Shown piece after piece: positions 51,366-64,000 of a DNA stretch of 64,000 bases. The notes under the pieces were generated by a model, which ran no database searches, was not told the DNA's origin, and was given only the letters and a program-made list of their open reading frames with translations. Source of the stretch: the human T2T-CHM13v2.0 reference genome, Homo sapiens; assembly GCF_009914755.1 (NCBI RefSeq), contig NC_060930.1; one strand, written 5' to 3'. The first letter of the stretch is position 1. The number at the start of each line of letters is the position of its first letter. The position numbers were made by a program, and so were the translations under genes.

Positions 51366-52539
51366 CAAATGTATGCATTTTTAATGGAGTAAATTAAAAA
51401 AAAAAACCTTTGTTTAAAATTTACTTTCAGCAAAAGTCAGCATTATTTTTTCAACTTAAAACCTTTTTGGGTTTTAAGTTGAAACAGGTTTTTTAGCTGT
51501 CTGGCCCAAATCCAAAATACGTATATCTTGGTGGGGAACTTCAATTTGTCTCTGCCATAAGACAAACGAATGTCCTGATACTTTTTGATTCTTTAACAAA
51601 ATTATCCTTGTATTCTTAGGTTTATATATTCACTAACATTTAACATAACACAAATCTGTTACGTGAATTAAAGACACACAAAGGCATTTTTACCAGTGTT
51701 TGGAAGTTTGTGAATAGTAAAGGGGAACAGGCCAAAATTTCATGCGTTGAGGATATAAGTAAAACAGAAAGTGCAAAAATGTAAACTACACAAACTCAAT
51801 CTCTTGTGGAACAATTAGAAAACTAATAATACATTTTACTCTTGAATGTTGATATTCCACTCGAAGTTTGGTTGGTTGCTAAGCTTAAGGATAAACACTA
51901 TGAAAAATGTGAAGACAGAAGGGCTGGCCAAACACAGCTGATTCGGCAGCAAATCACACATTAAATCACAGTGGCATGTGAGTCGGTTTATTCAAATTGC
52001 TGTTAAAAGATATTCTTAGAGTAAGTTTAGGAAAATAAGAGTCATTTGGCGATGCAGAGAGGATTTTGTCTACAGTGGAATCCAGACTCCGGTGAAAGTT
52101 CTCATTCCTTCAGGACCTGGGAGCTAACAGCTCCGGACTTTCTTGTGCTCCACTGTGCTGCCTATGTTGTGTGCTTCCCAAATGGCATTATTCCCACCAG
52201 CTCTTCCAGAGTGAGTTCTGCCCATTCTGTAGAAGAAACAGTAGCGGAAAAATTAAACAATATCTTTGCTCAACGGACATTGTTTCCTTTACTCTTCTTT
52301 CATCATAAAGAGGTTGAAATAATTTTAACCATTGGAAGAAGTAACCCTCTTAAGCCCCTAAACAAAATTTGTAATAGCTTATTTTATGGCAAGGATTTAA
52401 ATAAGGTATAAATTGGATAGCTGCACTGTGTAGTAAGTAAAATGCAACTGGAAAGGAGAACAAGACCAAAATAGGGCTTAAGGGACATATATCAAGGCCT
52501 TGATCATATTTTGACGGTCAGTCATTTGGATGTATAAGT

Positions 52540-52760
52540 ATTAACCATGATAATATCCATTGAGCCTATATTATGGGCCAGGCACATGGTTTTCGTACTC
52601 ATATTATCTTATTTAAGTCTCTCACCAATCCTATAAGGTAACTACAATTGTTACCCCCATTTTTAGATGTGAGGATACTTCAGCACAAAAGGGTCCAATG
52701 AACAGCCCACAGCAAGGAAGGGGCAGAGCCAGGGGCTAAAAGGGGTGCATTCAGCTTATA
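52540..52760 (-). mobile_element. MIR
   Basis: CCCATTTTTAGATG..GGCAGAGCCAGG MIR-like core. Confidence 0.6.
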
Positions 52761-54603
52761 GATATAGATACAGATATAAATTCTGATAAGGAAAATCTGT
52801 TTCAGAATGCATATAAATTCTAGCATATTTAAATGTTATTCTCTGTCAGCTCTTAATTTAAAAAAAATAAATTCCTATCATTATTTCTTGTAACTAACTT
52901 CATCCTTAGGAATTAAAGAACAGATGAATCATGAGTGGCAGTCTAAACGGATCAATGACTCTGTAAAGACACATATATCTTAGCATTTGGAGAGGATTTG
53001 GCTGCAGGTTCTTGGAAATTATAATTTGTATGCCTTTTTATACCTATGTGTTGGCAATAGAAACAGATTTAAGAAGCCAAGGTGAAGAATTTTACCAGTT
53101 TTTAAATTGTGTTAGTTTTAGATCTTTTTCCTTGTTGGGTCCTCCATATGAGATTTCTTTTTACATTTCGAAGAATCATGGTATTTATTAAAAGGGATTA
53201 TTTATGAAATCCATTTGAGGTCAGATTCTTGATGCTATGGGGACAAGCTAAATTTAGAGCAAGAATCAGTCCAGTAGAGTAACATAATTATGATAATAAT
53301 TTTTAAAAGACCAAAACAATTTGTTGTCATTGAATTTCATTTTTATAATGCTATCTTATATATAACTATAAACTTTCCTGAGGAATGGGTGATAAATTCA
53401 AACATAGAGTTTCAAGATCCAATTCAAATGTAAATTCTTTTGAAGCCCCCTCAGGGAAAGCTATTAGTTTGATCTTGGGAGATTTATGCTTTCTGAAGCA
53501 ATCTTTCACTAGTCAGTGAGTTATCATAAATCTTTCCTTGTAGTATTTTATATGTGTATACACATTCACTGATGTAAACCATATTTTATCCACATAGTTC
53601 AGGGACTGTTATAAGTATTAGTTTATTACTCAACAAAACATATCTAAAAGTTAAATGTGTCACATATACTATGCAATTTTGTAGCAATAAAAAAAAATCC
53701 CTTTCAGACAGAGTTTGAATACAGCTTAAAAACTTTTGCATGTTACAGCTAACTTTTTTCTGGATTGAAAAAGTATGGCTTAGGCTACCTCATAAGTTGG
53801 GGTTCCCATGGGTTAGAAACCCCTTTGGAAATCTAGAACAATAGAAGGATATAAACTAAACTAAGGCTTTGCCCCAAAATCCCACTACATTCCTCAACTG
53901 TTGTAAAAATTCATGTCTTTTTTTGATACATATAAAAATCTCGTCTCCAGTCGATTCCAATAATTCCAGTTCCCATCCATACCACCGTAGAGAAGTTTTG
54001 CATCTTCAGTGCATCACCACCGGCCTGTTTTGTCATTCTTCTTTCTTTACAATTTACATTATTAAAATATTAATTTTTAGGAATGCTCCAAGCATGAAAT
54101 TACAATGAAACGTATGCCCTTTCAGAAGACATTGACCTGCCCTTTCCGTCACACACCTCCATCATTGTAAAATCTACACCTCCTCCCCTTCACTTCTCCT
54201 TTGAAAACCTCTACTCAACAGGGTCATTCAAGCCTGGGTTTTCCTAGGCAATGACCTAAAATGACTTTGCCTGGGGAAAGTAGAGTGCCAAGCCAGGTGG
54301 CTGGACCTCAAGATTAGAGACACTGGTTTAGAGCTTCCTTCAGCTGTAAAAAGATCCTCCTAGGTCTGAGTAACTTGAATGGCAGGCTGGTTAATACCCT
54401 TCCCAAACAGAGTGGAGAGCATGATAACTCAACCCTTAGGAATAAAAGAATGGTGGCTGGAAGGGAAGATTTGAAACTCCCAAAGGAACTTTCAAAGACT
54501 TTGAGAAAAAGGAAAGAGGCTAGCTGAAAGCAGAGCTTACTCATTTACACTTAAATAGAGAATGGAGACTGTTGGCAGGGCAAACCTGATAAGTACTTTT
54601 TAA

Positions 54604-57600
54604 AAAAAATTATTCTACTTTAAGTTCTGGGATACATGTGCAGAACTTGCAGGTTTGTTACATAGGTATACACCTGCCATAGTGGTTTGCTGCACCCATC
54701 AACCCATCATCTACATTACATATTTCTCCTAATGCTATCCCTCCTCTAGCCCCCACCCCCCGATAGGCCCTGGTGTGTGATGTTCCTCCTTGTGTCCATG
54801 TGTTCTCATTGTTCAGCTCCCACTTATGAGTGAGAACATGTAGTGTTTGGTTTTCTGTTCCTGTGTTAGTTTGCTGAGAATGATGGTTTCCAGCTTCATC
54901 CATATCTCTGCAAAGGACATGAGCTCATCCTTTTTTACGGCTGCATAGTATTCCATGGTGTATACGTGTCACATTTTCTTTATCCATTCTATCACTGATG
55001 GGCATTTGGGTTGGTTCCAAGTCTTTGCTGCCGTGAATGGTGCTGCAATAAACATACGTGTGTATGTGTCTTTATAGTAGAATGATGTAAAATCCTGTGG
55101 GTATATACCCAGTAATGGGATTGCTGGGTCAGAGGGTGTTTCTGGTTCTAGATCCTTAAGGAATCACCACACTGTCTTCCATAATAGTTGAACTAATTTA
55201 CATTCCCACCAACAGTGTAAAAACATTCCTATTTCTTCACATCATCTCCAGCATCTGTTGTTTCCTGACTTTTTCATGATCGCCATTCTAACTGGCATGA
55301 GATGGCATCTCATTGTGGTTTTGATTTGCATTTCTCTAATGACCAGTGATGACAAGCTTTCTTCATATGTTTGTTGGCAGCATAAATGTCTTCTTTTGAG
55401 AAGTGTCTGTTCATATCCTTCACCCACTTTTTGATGGGGTTGTTTGGTTTTTTCTTGTAAATTTGTTTAAGTTCCTCATAGATTCTGGATATTAGCCCTT
55501 TGTCAGATGGATAGATTGCAAAAACTTTCTCTCATTCTATAGGTTGCCTGTTTACTATGACGATAGTTTCTTTTGCTGTGCAGAAGCTGTTTAGTTTAAA
55601 TACATCCCATTTCTCAATTTTGGCTTTCATTGCCATTGCTTTTGGTGTTTTAGTCGTGAAGTCTTTGCCCATGCCAATGTCCTGAATAGTATTGCCAAGG
55701 TTTTCTTCTAGGGTTTTTATGGTTTTAGGTCTTACATTTAAGTCTTTAATCCATCTTGAGTTAATTTTCATATAAGGTGTAAGGAAGGGGTCCAGTTTCA
55801 GTTTTCTGCATATGGCTAGCCAGTTTTCCCAGCACCATTTATTAAATAGGGAATCCTTTCCCCATTTCTTGTTTTTTGGCAGGTTTGTCAAAAATCAGGT
55901 GGTTATAGATGTGTGGCATTATTTCTGAGGCCTCTGTTCTGTTCCATTGGTCTATATATCTGTTTTGGTACTAGTACCATGCTGTTTTGGTTACTGTAGA
56001 CTTGTAGTATAGTTTGAAGTTAGGTAGTGTGATGCCTCCAGCTTTGTTCTTTTTGCTTAGAATTTTCTTGGATATACAGGCTCTTTTTTGGTTCCATGTG
56101 TAATTTAAAGTAGTTTTTTCTAATTCTGTGAAGGAAGTCAATGGTAGCTTGATGGGGATAGCATTGAATCTATAAATTACTTTGGACAGTATGGCCATTT
56201 TCACAATATTGATTCTTCCTATCCATGAGCATGGAATGTTTCCCCATTTGTTTGTGTCCTCTCTGATTTCCTTGAGCAGTGGTTTGTAGTTCTCCTTGAA
56301 AGGTCCTTCACATCCCTTGTAAGTTGTATTCCTGGGTATTTTATTCTCTTTGTAGCAATTGTGAAAAGGAGTTCACTCATGATTTGGCTCTCTGTTTGTC
56401 TATTATTGGTGTATAGGAATGCTTGTGATTTTTGCACTTTGATTTTGTATCCTGAGACTTTGCTGAAGTTGCCTATCACCTTAAGGAGATTATGGGCTGA
56501 GACAATGGGGTTTCCTAATTATACCATCATATCATCTGCTAGCAGAGACAATTTGATTTCCTCTCTTCCTAATTGAATACCCTTTATTTCTTTCTGTTAT
56601 CTGATTGGCCTGCCAGAACTTCCAGTACTATGTTGAATAGGAGTGGTGAGAGAGGGCATCCTTGTCTTGTGCTGGTTTTCAAAGGGAATGCTTCCAGCTT
56701 TCGCCCATTCAGTATTATATTGGCTGTGTGTGTGTCATAAGTAGCCCTTCTTATTTTGATATACATTCCATCAATAAATGGTTTATTGAGAGTTTTTAGC
56801 ATGAAGCGGTGTTGAATTTTGTTGAAGGCCTTTTCTGCATCTATTGAGATAATTGTGTGGTTTTAGTCATTGGTTCTGTTTATGTGATGAATTACATTTA
56901 TTGATTTGCATATGTTGAACCAGCCTTGCATCCCAGGGATGAAGCTGACTTGATCATGATCATGGTAGATAAGCTTTTTAATGTGCTGCTGGATTCTGTT
57001 TGCCAGTATTTTACTGAGGATTTTCACATCGATATTCATTCAGGGATATTGGCAGACACCGAGCTAGCTATAGGAATTTTTTTTTTCTTATCCCAGTGGT
57101 GCCTGGAATGCCAGCGAGACACAACTGTTCACTCCCCTGGAAAGGGGGTTGAAGCCAGGGAGCCAAGTGTTCTAGCTTAGTGGATGCCACCCCTACGGAG
57201 CCCAGCAAGTTAAGATTCACTGGCTTGAAATTCTCGCTGCCAGCACGGCAGCGAAGTCAGCACAGCCTGAAGTCAACCTGGGATGCTTGAACTTGGTGGG
57301 GAGAGGGGCGTCTGCCATTACTGAGGCTTCAGTAGGCAGTTTTCCCCTCATAGTGTAAAAAACTGCCACTGGGAGGTTCAAACTGGGCAGAGCCCACCAC
57401 AGCTCAGCAAAGCCACTGTAGCCAGACTGCCTCTCTAGATCCCTCCTCTCTGGGCAAGGCACCTCTGAAAGAAAAGCAGCAGCCCCAGTCAGAGACTGAT
57501 AGATAAAACTCCCATCTCACTGAGACAGAGCACCTGGGGGAAGGAGCACCTGTGGGCACAGCTTCAGCAGACTTAAACGTTCCTGCTTGAGGTCTCTGAA

Positions 57601-58319
57601 GAGAGCAGCGGATCTCCCAGCACAGCACTCAAGCTCTGCTGAGGGACAGACTGCCTCCTCAAGTCGGTCCCTGACCCCCATGCCTCCTGACTGGGAGACA
57701 CCTCCCAGCAGGGGTCGACAGACACCTCATACAGGAGAGCTCCGGCTGGCATCTGGCGGGTGCCCCTCTGGGACAAAGCTTCCAGAGGAAGGAACAGGGA
57801 GCAATCTTTGCTCTTGTGCAGCCTCCATGGTGATACCCAGGCAAACAGGGTCTGGAGTGGACCTTCAGCAAACTCCAGCAGACCTGCAGCAGAGGGGCCT
57901 GACTGTTAGAAGGAAGACTAACAGAAGGGAATAGCATCAACATCAACAAAAAGGTTGTTCACACAGAAACCCCATCTGAAGGTCACCAACATGAAAGACC
58001 AAAGGTAGATAAATCCACAGAGATGAGGAAAAACCAGTGTAAAAATTCTGAAAATTCCAAAAACCAGAATGCCTCTCTTCCTCCAAAGGATCACAGCTCC
58101 TCACCAGCAAGGAAACAAAACTGGATGGAGAATGAGTTTGATGAATTGACAGAAGTAGGCTTCAGAAGGCGGGTAATAACAAACTTTTCTGAGCTAAAGG
58201 AGCATGTTCTAACCCAATGCAAGGAAGCTAAGAACCTTGAAAAAAGGTTATGAGAATTGCTAACTAGAATAACCAGTTTAGAGAAGAATATAAATTACCT
58301 GATGGTGCTGAAAAAGACT
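54604..58319 (-). mobile_element. L1PA7/8-like element with 5' inversion: 3' half on minus (~54604-57051), 5'UTR and ORF1 start on plus (~57052-58319)
   Basis: Minus ORF2 peptides and 3'UTR; plus ORF1 start MRKNQCKNSENSKNQNAS (58023); flanking repeat AGTACTTTTTAA (54592-54603 / 58320-58331). Confidence 0.88.
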
Positions 58320-61198
58320 AGTACTTTTTAAGAACTTGAACCCTCTGTAATTCACTCTGTGCTTATTTTTCCTAACCACTGTATGTGTGTTATATTAAAA
58401 GTATTTTAAACATAAAACTGGGCTGCAGGCAGAAGGTAAGTTTGAAACATTCTTTTACTTCACCATCAGCTGGAAGAAGAAGAGAGCCCAGAGAGGAAGA
58501 TAAGAGTTGGTAGTAACTGGAAATGAGAAGTCTTCGGTGAAACCCTATTGACCTTCAGTGTGAGAGAAAGGATACACCAGAAGTTGAGTAATGACCCTGG
58601 CCTTCCCCTAAACTCTAGTTCTTACTAGAAATTTGTGGATTCCCTGGAAATGCAAAAATAGTGTAGAGGGAGGTAGCGTACCCATATTTAACTAGTGGAC
58701 ACAGCTATTTACTCAGATATATACACTTGTCCAAGCATGCACTAGAACCTAAGTAAAATATAATTTTCTAAAATGACTCTCATGTATGTAAATTAATGAG
58801 AGAACCAGCAGGATGGTAAAGCTGATTCAAAGAGAATTTTAAATACAATGTATGTAGGCACTGAAAGAATGCTAGACAATTACTAGGTTAGATACAAAAT
58901 TGATTAACTTCCTACTGGGCAATTAAACTGTAACATTTGGATATATCTTTTTTACCAGATAGGAATCCCTTGCACCTTTAACAGATAAACACCTACAAGA
59001 TTTCATACATAACTTTGGGGGTTGGCCTCAATCAATAGTAAATAATAAAATACACCAAGGCACAAATAATCTTATAAAGAATAACATAACTCTGCGGTGA
59101 CCCCAATGGAGTACTCCAGCATGCAGGACATGCAGTCAACCTGGCACTTTAAGGCTAAGCTCAGATACTTTTTAAACAATATGTAATAATACTAGTAACT
59201 TTCCATTTATTGAGCTTTTATCTATTAAGTGCTAGGCACTGGGCTATCTTACCTACTTTATCTCATTTAATCCTCTCAACATTTCTCTATGTGAGAAGGT
59301 TGGGTCTGATCTCACATAACAAAGGGCTTGCAACCAGAATTTGGGACAGGCAAAAAACAAGAAAGGAATGAAGGTAGAAGGAAGCTGTATTCCAAGTCAG
59401 GTACCTGCATCAACAAAAGCAGAGGCAGGAAATTTTAAAGTATGTAATTTTAGAGTAAAAACAAAAGAATACAGAACTCTAAAATTGTTACTCCAATTTA
59501 ATTATATGCAAACATACATTTTGGCTTACCCAAATACATTTTAGACTAATTAGGTACTTTACATGTTTCACATAACACTATTTGTTACAAAGACAATAGG
59601 TAAAAAGACAAAGATGTTATAGTAGTTCTATGAAGAAGAACTGGAAAAGAAAAGAAGTAAATAATGTCTTGGATGTTTAATGTCCAAAGAGATAATATCA
59701 AACTTATTAAAATCAAGAGATGAACCATTTCATACACCTCACTTTAATATGAAAACATGAGTTCCATTATACTATTTCACAACCACAGAAATCAGCACAT
59801 TGTAAATTGTTATAATCTGTTTGCTGTTACCTTCAGGAGTGAGTATGTGAGTACATGCACCCACATGCTTGCCAGGCAAACAATTTCAATCATTGCAAGA
59901 CTAATACGTATTTAGTAATCTCATTCAGTCATCAAATCTTTTCAGTATTAGGTTAGACACATGAGACTGTTTTTTATAAGTAAATATCTTTGGGAAACAG
60001 CAACATTCTTTTTAGAAATTGTGATTTATTATTACTCTGAGGAAAGGATTGATTTCGCAGAATCTTTTATTTCTGGCAAGTGTCCAGCTCTAACTGCACT
60101 GTAGTGACTACATTGCAGGGGCACTAAATTCACCTGAAAAAAAAGTTCTGTGGTTTAATTAAGTTTGCATGTCCAAGTTGGAGTAGCAATCGATTCTATG
60201 ATTTAATTTTGAAATTCTTCCATAAAATAAATGGAAGCATAATTGATTTCACCAGATTAATGGTTATTAATATTTAGTCAATATAATTAGGTGTACCTGG
60301 GCTAGAAAATTCAAAGAAAAATCTATTGTATTAAGAACTGCAGATTCTAAAGAGCACAAAGAACCTCTGTGCTCGAGCCTCTTTGATGTACAAGAAAACT
60401 GAGGCTGTTTTATAAGTTGATCAGTTTGTTTTCATCTATAAATTTGAATTCCTAAAATATGAAGGATTGTTGGAGAGAGATGTTTACCCAGTCTCTTCAT
60501 CCTTACTCCTTTCTTTGAAAGACTATGAGTTACCCTCAAGTGTCCATGATACATGCACCAGAAATACACAATCCATGACTGAGAAGAATAATTCGATTCA
60601 AGAAAAGATGTCAGTGATATTTTGGTTTTGCGAACAATATAATCATAGAGCTTTTTCAGAATATTCTCTACCACTCTAAAAGCAATGGTTGCATGCACAA
60701 TCAGTATTTTTAAACCCATTCTCCTCCTTGGCGTATTCCAAGGAGTAACATCGTCCTGGGATACTGTTGAAGAGCAGTCTTAAAACTTTTAGAAGCAGGA
60801 GAATTTATTATGCTACCTTCTTTCCAAGTCACCCCGTCCGAAAATGGAAGAGCATCTTTGGCATTTTTCACCAAGGTAAAAATCATGGTCCATGTGCTCA
60901 GTAGGTAGGTCATCCTCAGTACATGTTTTTTTACCTTCTAGGTGGACAACCGCCACTCTAGGGATCCAGTGGTAGGTAGGGATTGATCTTGAAGCTGCCC
61001 TTTACCTATTTGCCCTTTACCTACTCACCCTTTACCTATCATTTATCCTTCACCTGTTTACCAGGGGAGAGCCAGCACATACCCACTCACTTGAAAGGAA
61101 TCTCTCCTCCCAACTTCCAAAGAGCAAATCATTCCCCACCCCATATTTTCTTTCTCTGTATGCCAAGCAGCTTTTTTGAAAAAGGCTGAAACACTAGG

Positions 61199-61590
61199 TG
61201 TATCAGTCAGGATTAAGTTATATTTTGGCAACAAATGTCCCCAAAAAATCCATGAGTTAACAATCACAAGAGTTTTATGTCTCAATCATATCACATGCCC
61301 ATCTTGGGCTGGCTGTATCTCTGCCTTATATCATATTCACTCCAGGGCCGTGGTGGATAAAATAGAAGCCTCTAGCTAGAATTTTGTGGGTCATTGAGAC
61401 AGAGGAAAAAGAAAAAAAAAGATGGCTCTTAAAGATTTTGCTTTGAAGTGATGCAAGGCAATTACACTCATATTTCATCGTTAGAGCAAGTCACATGGCC
61501 AAGTTGTTATTCAATTATTCAGGAAAATATAAAGCTATTCCTGAAAAGGGCAGCAAATATTTGTGAATTGTAATACCATCATCTACATCA
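61199..61590. mobile_element. Old MLT1 (J/K-type) LTR
   Basis: TGTATCAGTCAGGAT start and AGCAAGTCACATGGCCAAG motif. Confidence 0.55.
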
Positions 61591-61779
61591 GGGAGCAAAA
61601 ACAGTAGGAGGCAGTTTCAGATTCATAAGAAGTATTACAAAAGGGATCTACCTTTCTTAAGGAGAAAGTGGGGGAAGGGGCTGAACATACATGTTGGTGA
61701 CCAGAAAAATGCTAAATGTAGAGTGGTGAGATGTACCTTTTTAAAAGCATACAATTTACTAACCAGCCTTAGACTTATA

Positions 61780-61915
61780 GTAGATGAATAAATAGAAAAA
61801 TAGATGGATAAATAGCTAGGTGGATAAATAGCTAGGTAGATAATGGAGGAATAAATGGATAGATAGATGATAGAGAGTAGAGATAGATGATAGGTAGGTA
61901 GGTAGATAGAGATAA
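61780..61915. repeat. Degenerate (TAGA/TAGG)n simple repeat
   Basis: Direct inspection. Confidence 0.85.
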
Positions 61916-62669
61916 ACACTCAAACACTCATACAAATTTAAACATAAAATATAAAACTCTACATGTTATTTTAGATTAAAGTTGTTCATTTAATTTTTTA
62001 ACTAAATTCACAGGCATTATGCTCTTAAGTTCATACTTTTAAAACAGAAGTTTTGATATAAATGTTATTTTATTATCTACTTGAGTTGAACATGTAAATA
62101 TAGAGTTTTCTATCATTTTGGAATAACGTTTTGCATTTCTCTGGAATCTACTTAGCTGCAAATTTACAATAAGATTTTTATAATGCTACTTTTTTTTACA
62201 GTTTGTATTTCCACTTTGAATCATTGTTTTCTTTTCATCTTGAGTGATGCCATTCAGTTACTTGATTCGACGTGGGTATTGACTCTCCTAAATTTCAGAA
62301 ATGTAAGTTAATTTATCTAAACTTTTGTCCAATTTTATCCTTTGAAAACTCTGGCTAAATTCTCATCTTCTAGAGAACATAGAATTTTAACATTTTTATG
62401 TTTGTGAAATATACACAAAAATGAAAGTAGGAATCTTAATAATTCAGTTTCTCTTCTCTGTGGCCACTGGATTACTTGTAAGACCCTGGAGACAATGAGA
62501 GGTGAGATAATAGTAATTCATTTAGCTCTAGTATAAAGATAGTGATAGAAGGGAAAAGTTTGTTTCCTCTATTCCTTCGGAAAACGCACAGAACTATTTC
62601 ATTGTGATTAATTGTGGTGAGGCACAAATGTGAAAGCCAAACAATCTGGTCCTAATTTTTCTTTAAAGC

Positions 62670-64000
62670 AATACATCTGTCTACACACATAGAAAAACAA
62701 ATAATAAATGAATTCAGCAAATTTGTAGGATACAAACTAAATCCTATTTCAAACATACTAAAAATAGTCTAACCAAAGTGTAGGACTTGTACACTAAAAA
62801 CAACAAAACAGTAGTTGAAATATTACTGAAAAAAAATGAAGAAATCTAAATAAATGAAAAGATATCCCATGTTCATGGAACAGAAAATTTAATAAGATTT
62901 GAGCAGTACACCTGAAATTATTTGACAGATTTAACACAAAATTCCAACTGCCTATTTTGCAGAAATGAGCAACCAGATCTTAAAATGCATCTGGAAATTC
63001 AAGGGTCCCGGAGTAGCCAAAATCATCTTGAAAAAGAAGAACAAAGTTGCAGGGCATATATCTCCCAATTTCAAAACTTAATACAAAGTTACAGCAATCA
63101 AGATAGTGTGATACTGGCATAAAGATAGACAAATGGACCAATAGAATAGAATTGAGAGTCCAAAAATCAACCCATACAGTTATGGTTAATTGAGTTTTGA
63201 CAAAGGTGCAAAGATCATTCTGTGGGGAAATAGTGCTTTAACTGCTTCAACTGGATGAGTCAATGCATGGTGCGGGGACAACTGGATATCCATGTGCAAA
63301 CTAATAAATTTGGATCCCTACTTCATATCATACACAAAATTTAACTCAAAATAGTTCAGAGACCTAACTGTAAGAATTAAAACTATAAAACTCTTAGTAG
63401 GAAAATAGCTATAAATCTGCATGATCTTGGATTAGGCAATGGGTTATTTTAGATATGATACCAAAAGCATAAGCAACAAAATTAAAAACAAATAAGTTGA
63501 ACTTCATCAACATATAAAAAGGACACCATCAAGAAAGTAAGAAGACAACCCACAGAATGGGAGAAAATGTTTGCCAATCACACGTATTTGATAAGAGTCC
63601 ACTATCTAGAATATATAAAGGACTCTTGCAACTCAACAATATAAAGAGCACCTGATTAAAATGAAGACAAATGATCTGAATAGATATTTCTCCAAAAAAA
63701 AATACAAGTGGCCATTTAACACATGGAAAGATGCTCAACATCATTAATCATTAGGAAAATGCATACCAAAACCACAATGAGATACCATTTAACACCCAGT
63801 AGAATGGCTATAATTTTCTTAAAAGAATAATAAGAAGTATTGGTGAGAATGTGGATAAATTGAAACTCCTACGTTGCTGGTAGGAGCATAAATGATGCCA
63901 CTGCATGGCAAGAGTCTGGAAGTTTCTTACAAAGTTAAACATAAAATTACCACATGACCAAGCAATTCCACTCACTGGTAAATACCCAAGAGAATTGAAA
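62670..64000 (+). mobile_element. Old L1 (L1MB-type) ORF2 3' half, running off the window
   Basis: Degenerate ORF2 (AGATATCCCATGTTCATGG, GTGTGATACTGGCATAAAGATAGAC, CACAATGAGATACCA). Confidence 0.8.

Overview
Human genomic DNA (a human-specific AluYb8 is present and the exons translate to the human laforin sequence as I recall it), covering the 5' half of EPM2A (laforin, the Lafora-disease glucan phosphatase) on the minus strand. Coding exon 1 (50253-50553) lies in a CpG island, followed by a 48.9-kb intron 1 and exon 2 (1179-1353). About 13 kb of upstream sequence is also included. The rest is mostly transposon-derived: Alu, L1, L2/MIR, MaLR LTRs, two full-length MaLR proviruses, a MER11 LTR, a near full-length Hsmar2 and a five-element nest. 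There are no rRNA, tRNA or CRISPR features. The most interesting structure is around exon 1: an out-of-frame upstream ATG opens a 344-aa RGG-rich ORF across the laforin exon, the donor is weak, and a well-formed intronic poly(A) signal lies just past that ORF's stop. TSS choice, splicing and 3' end choice could therefore yield four different products. I recall the 344-aa and 152-aa products as already annotated; the poly(A) signal and the spliced 157-aa overlapping uORF are my inference. Other notable items are an ancient ~350-bp local duplication split by Hsmar2, shared private variants between two neighbouring L1s (possible gene conversion), a 37-bp Alu remnant with TSDs, and an inverted L1 5'UTR with an ORF0-like remnant pointing at EPM2A. 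Repeat subfamily names come from recalled consensus sequences, and boundaries without TSDs are approximate.
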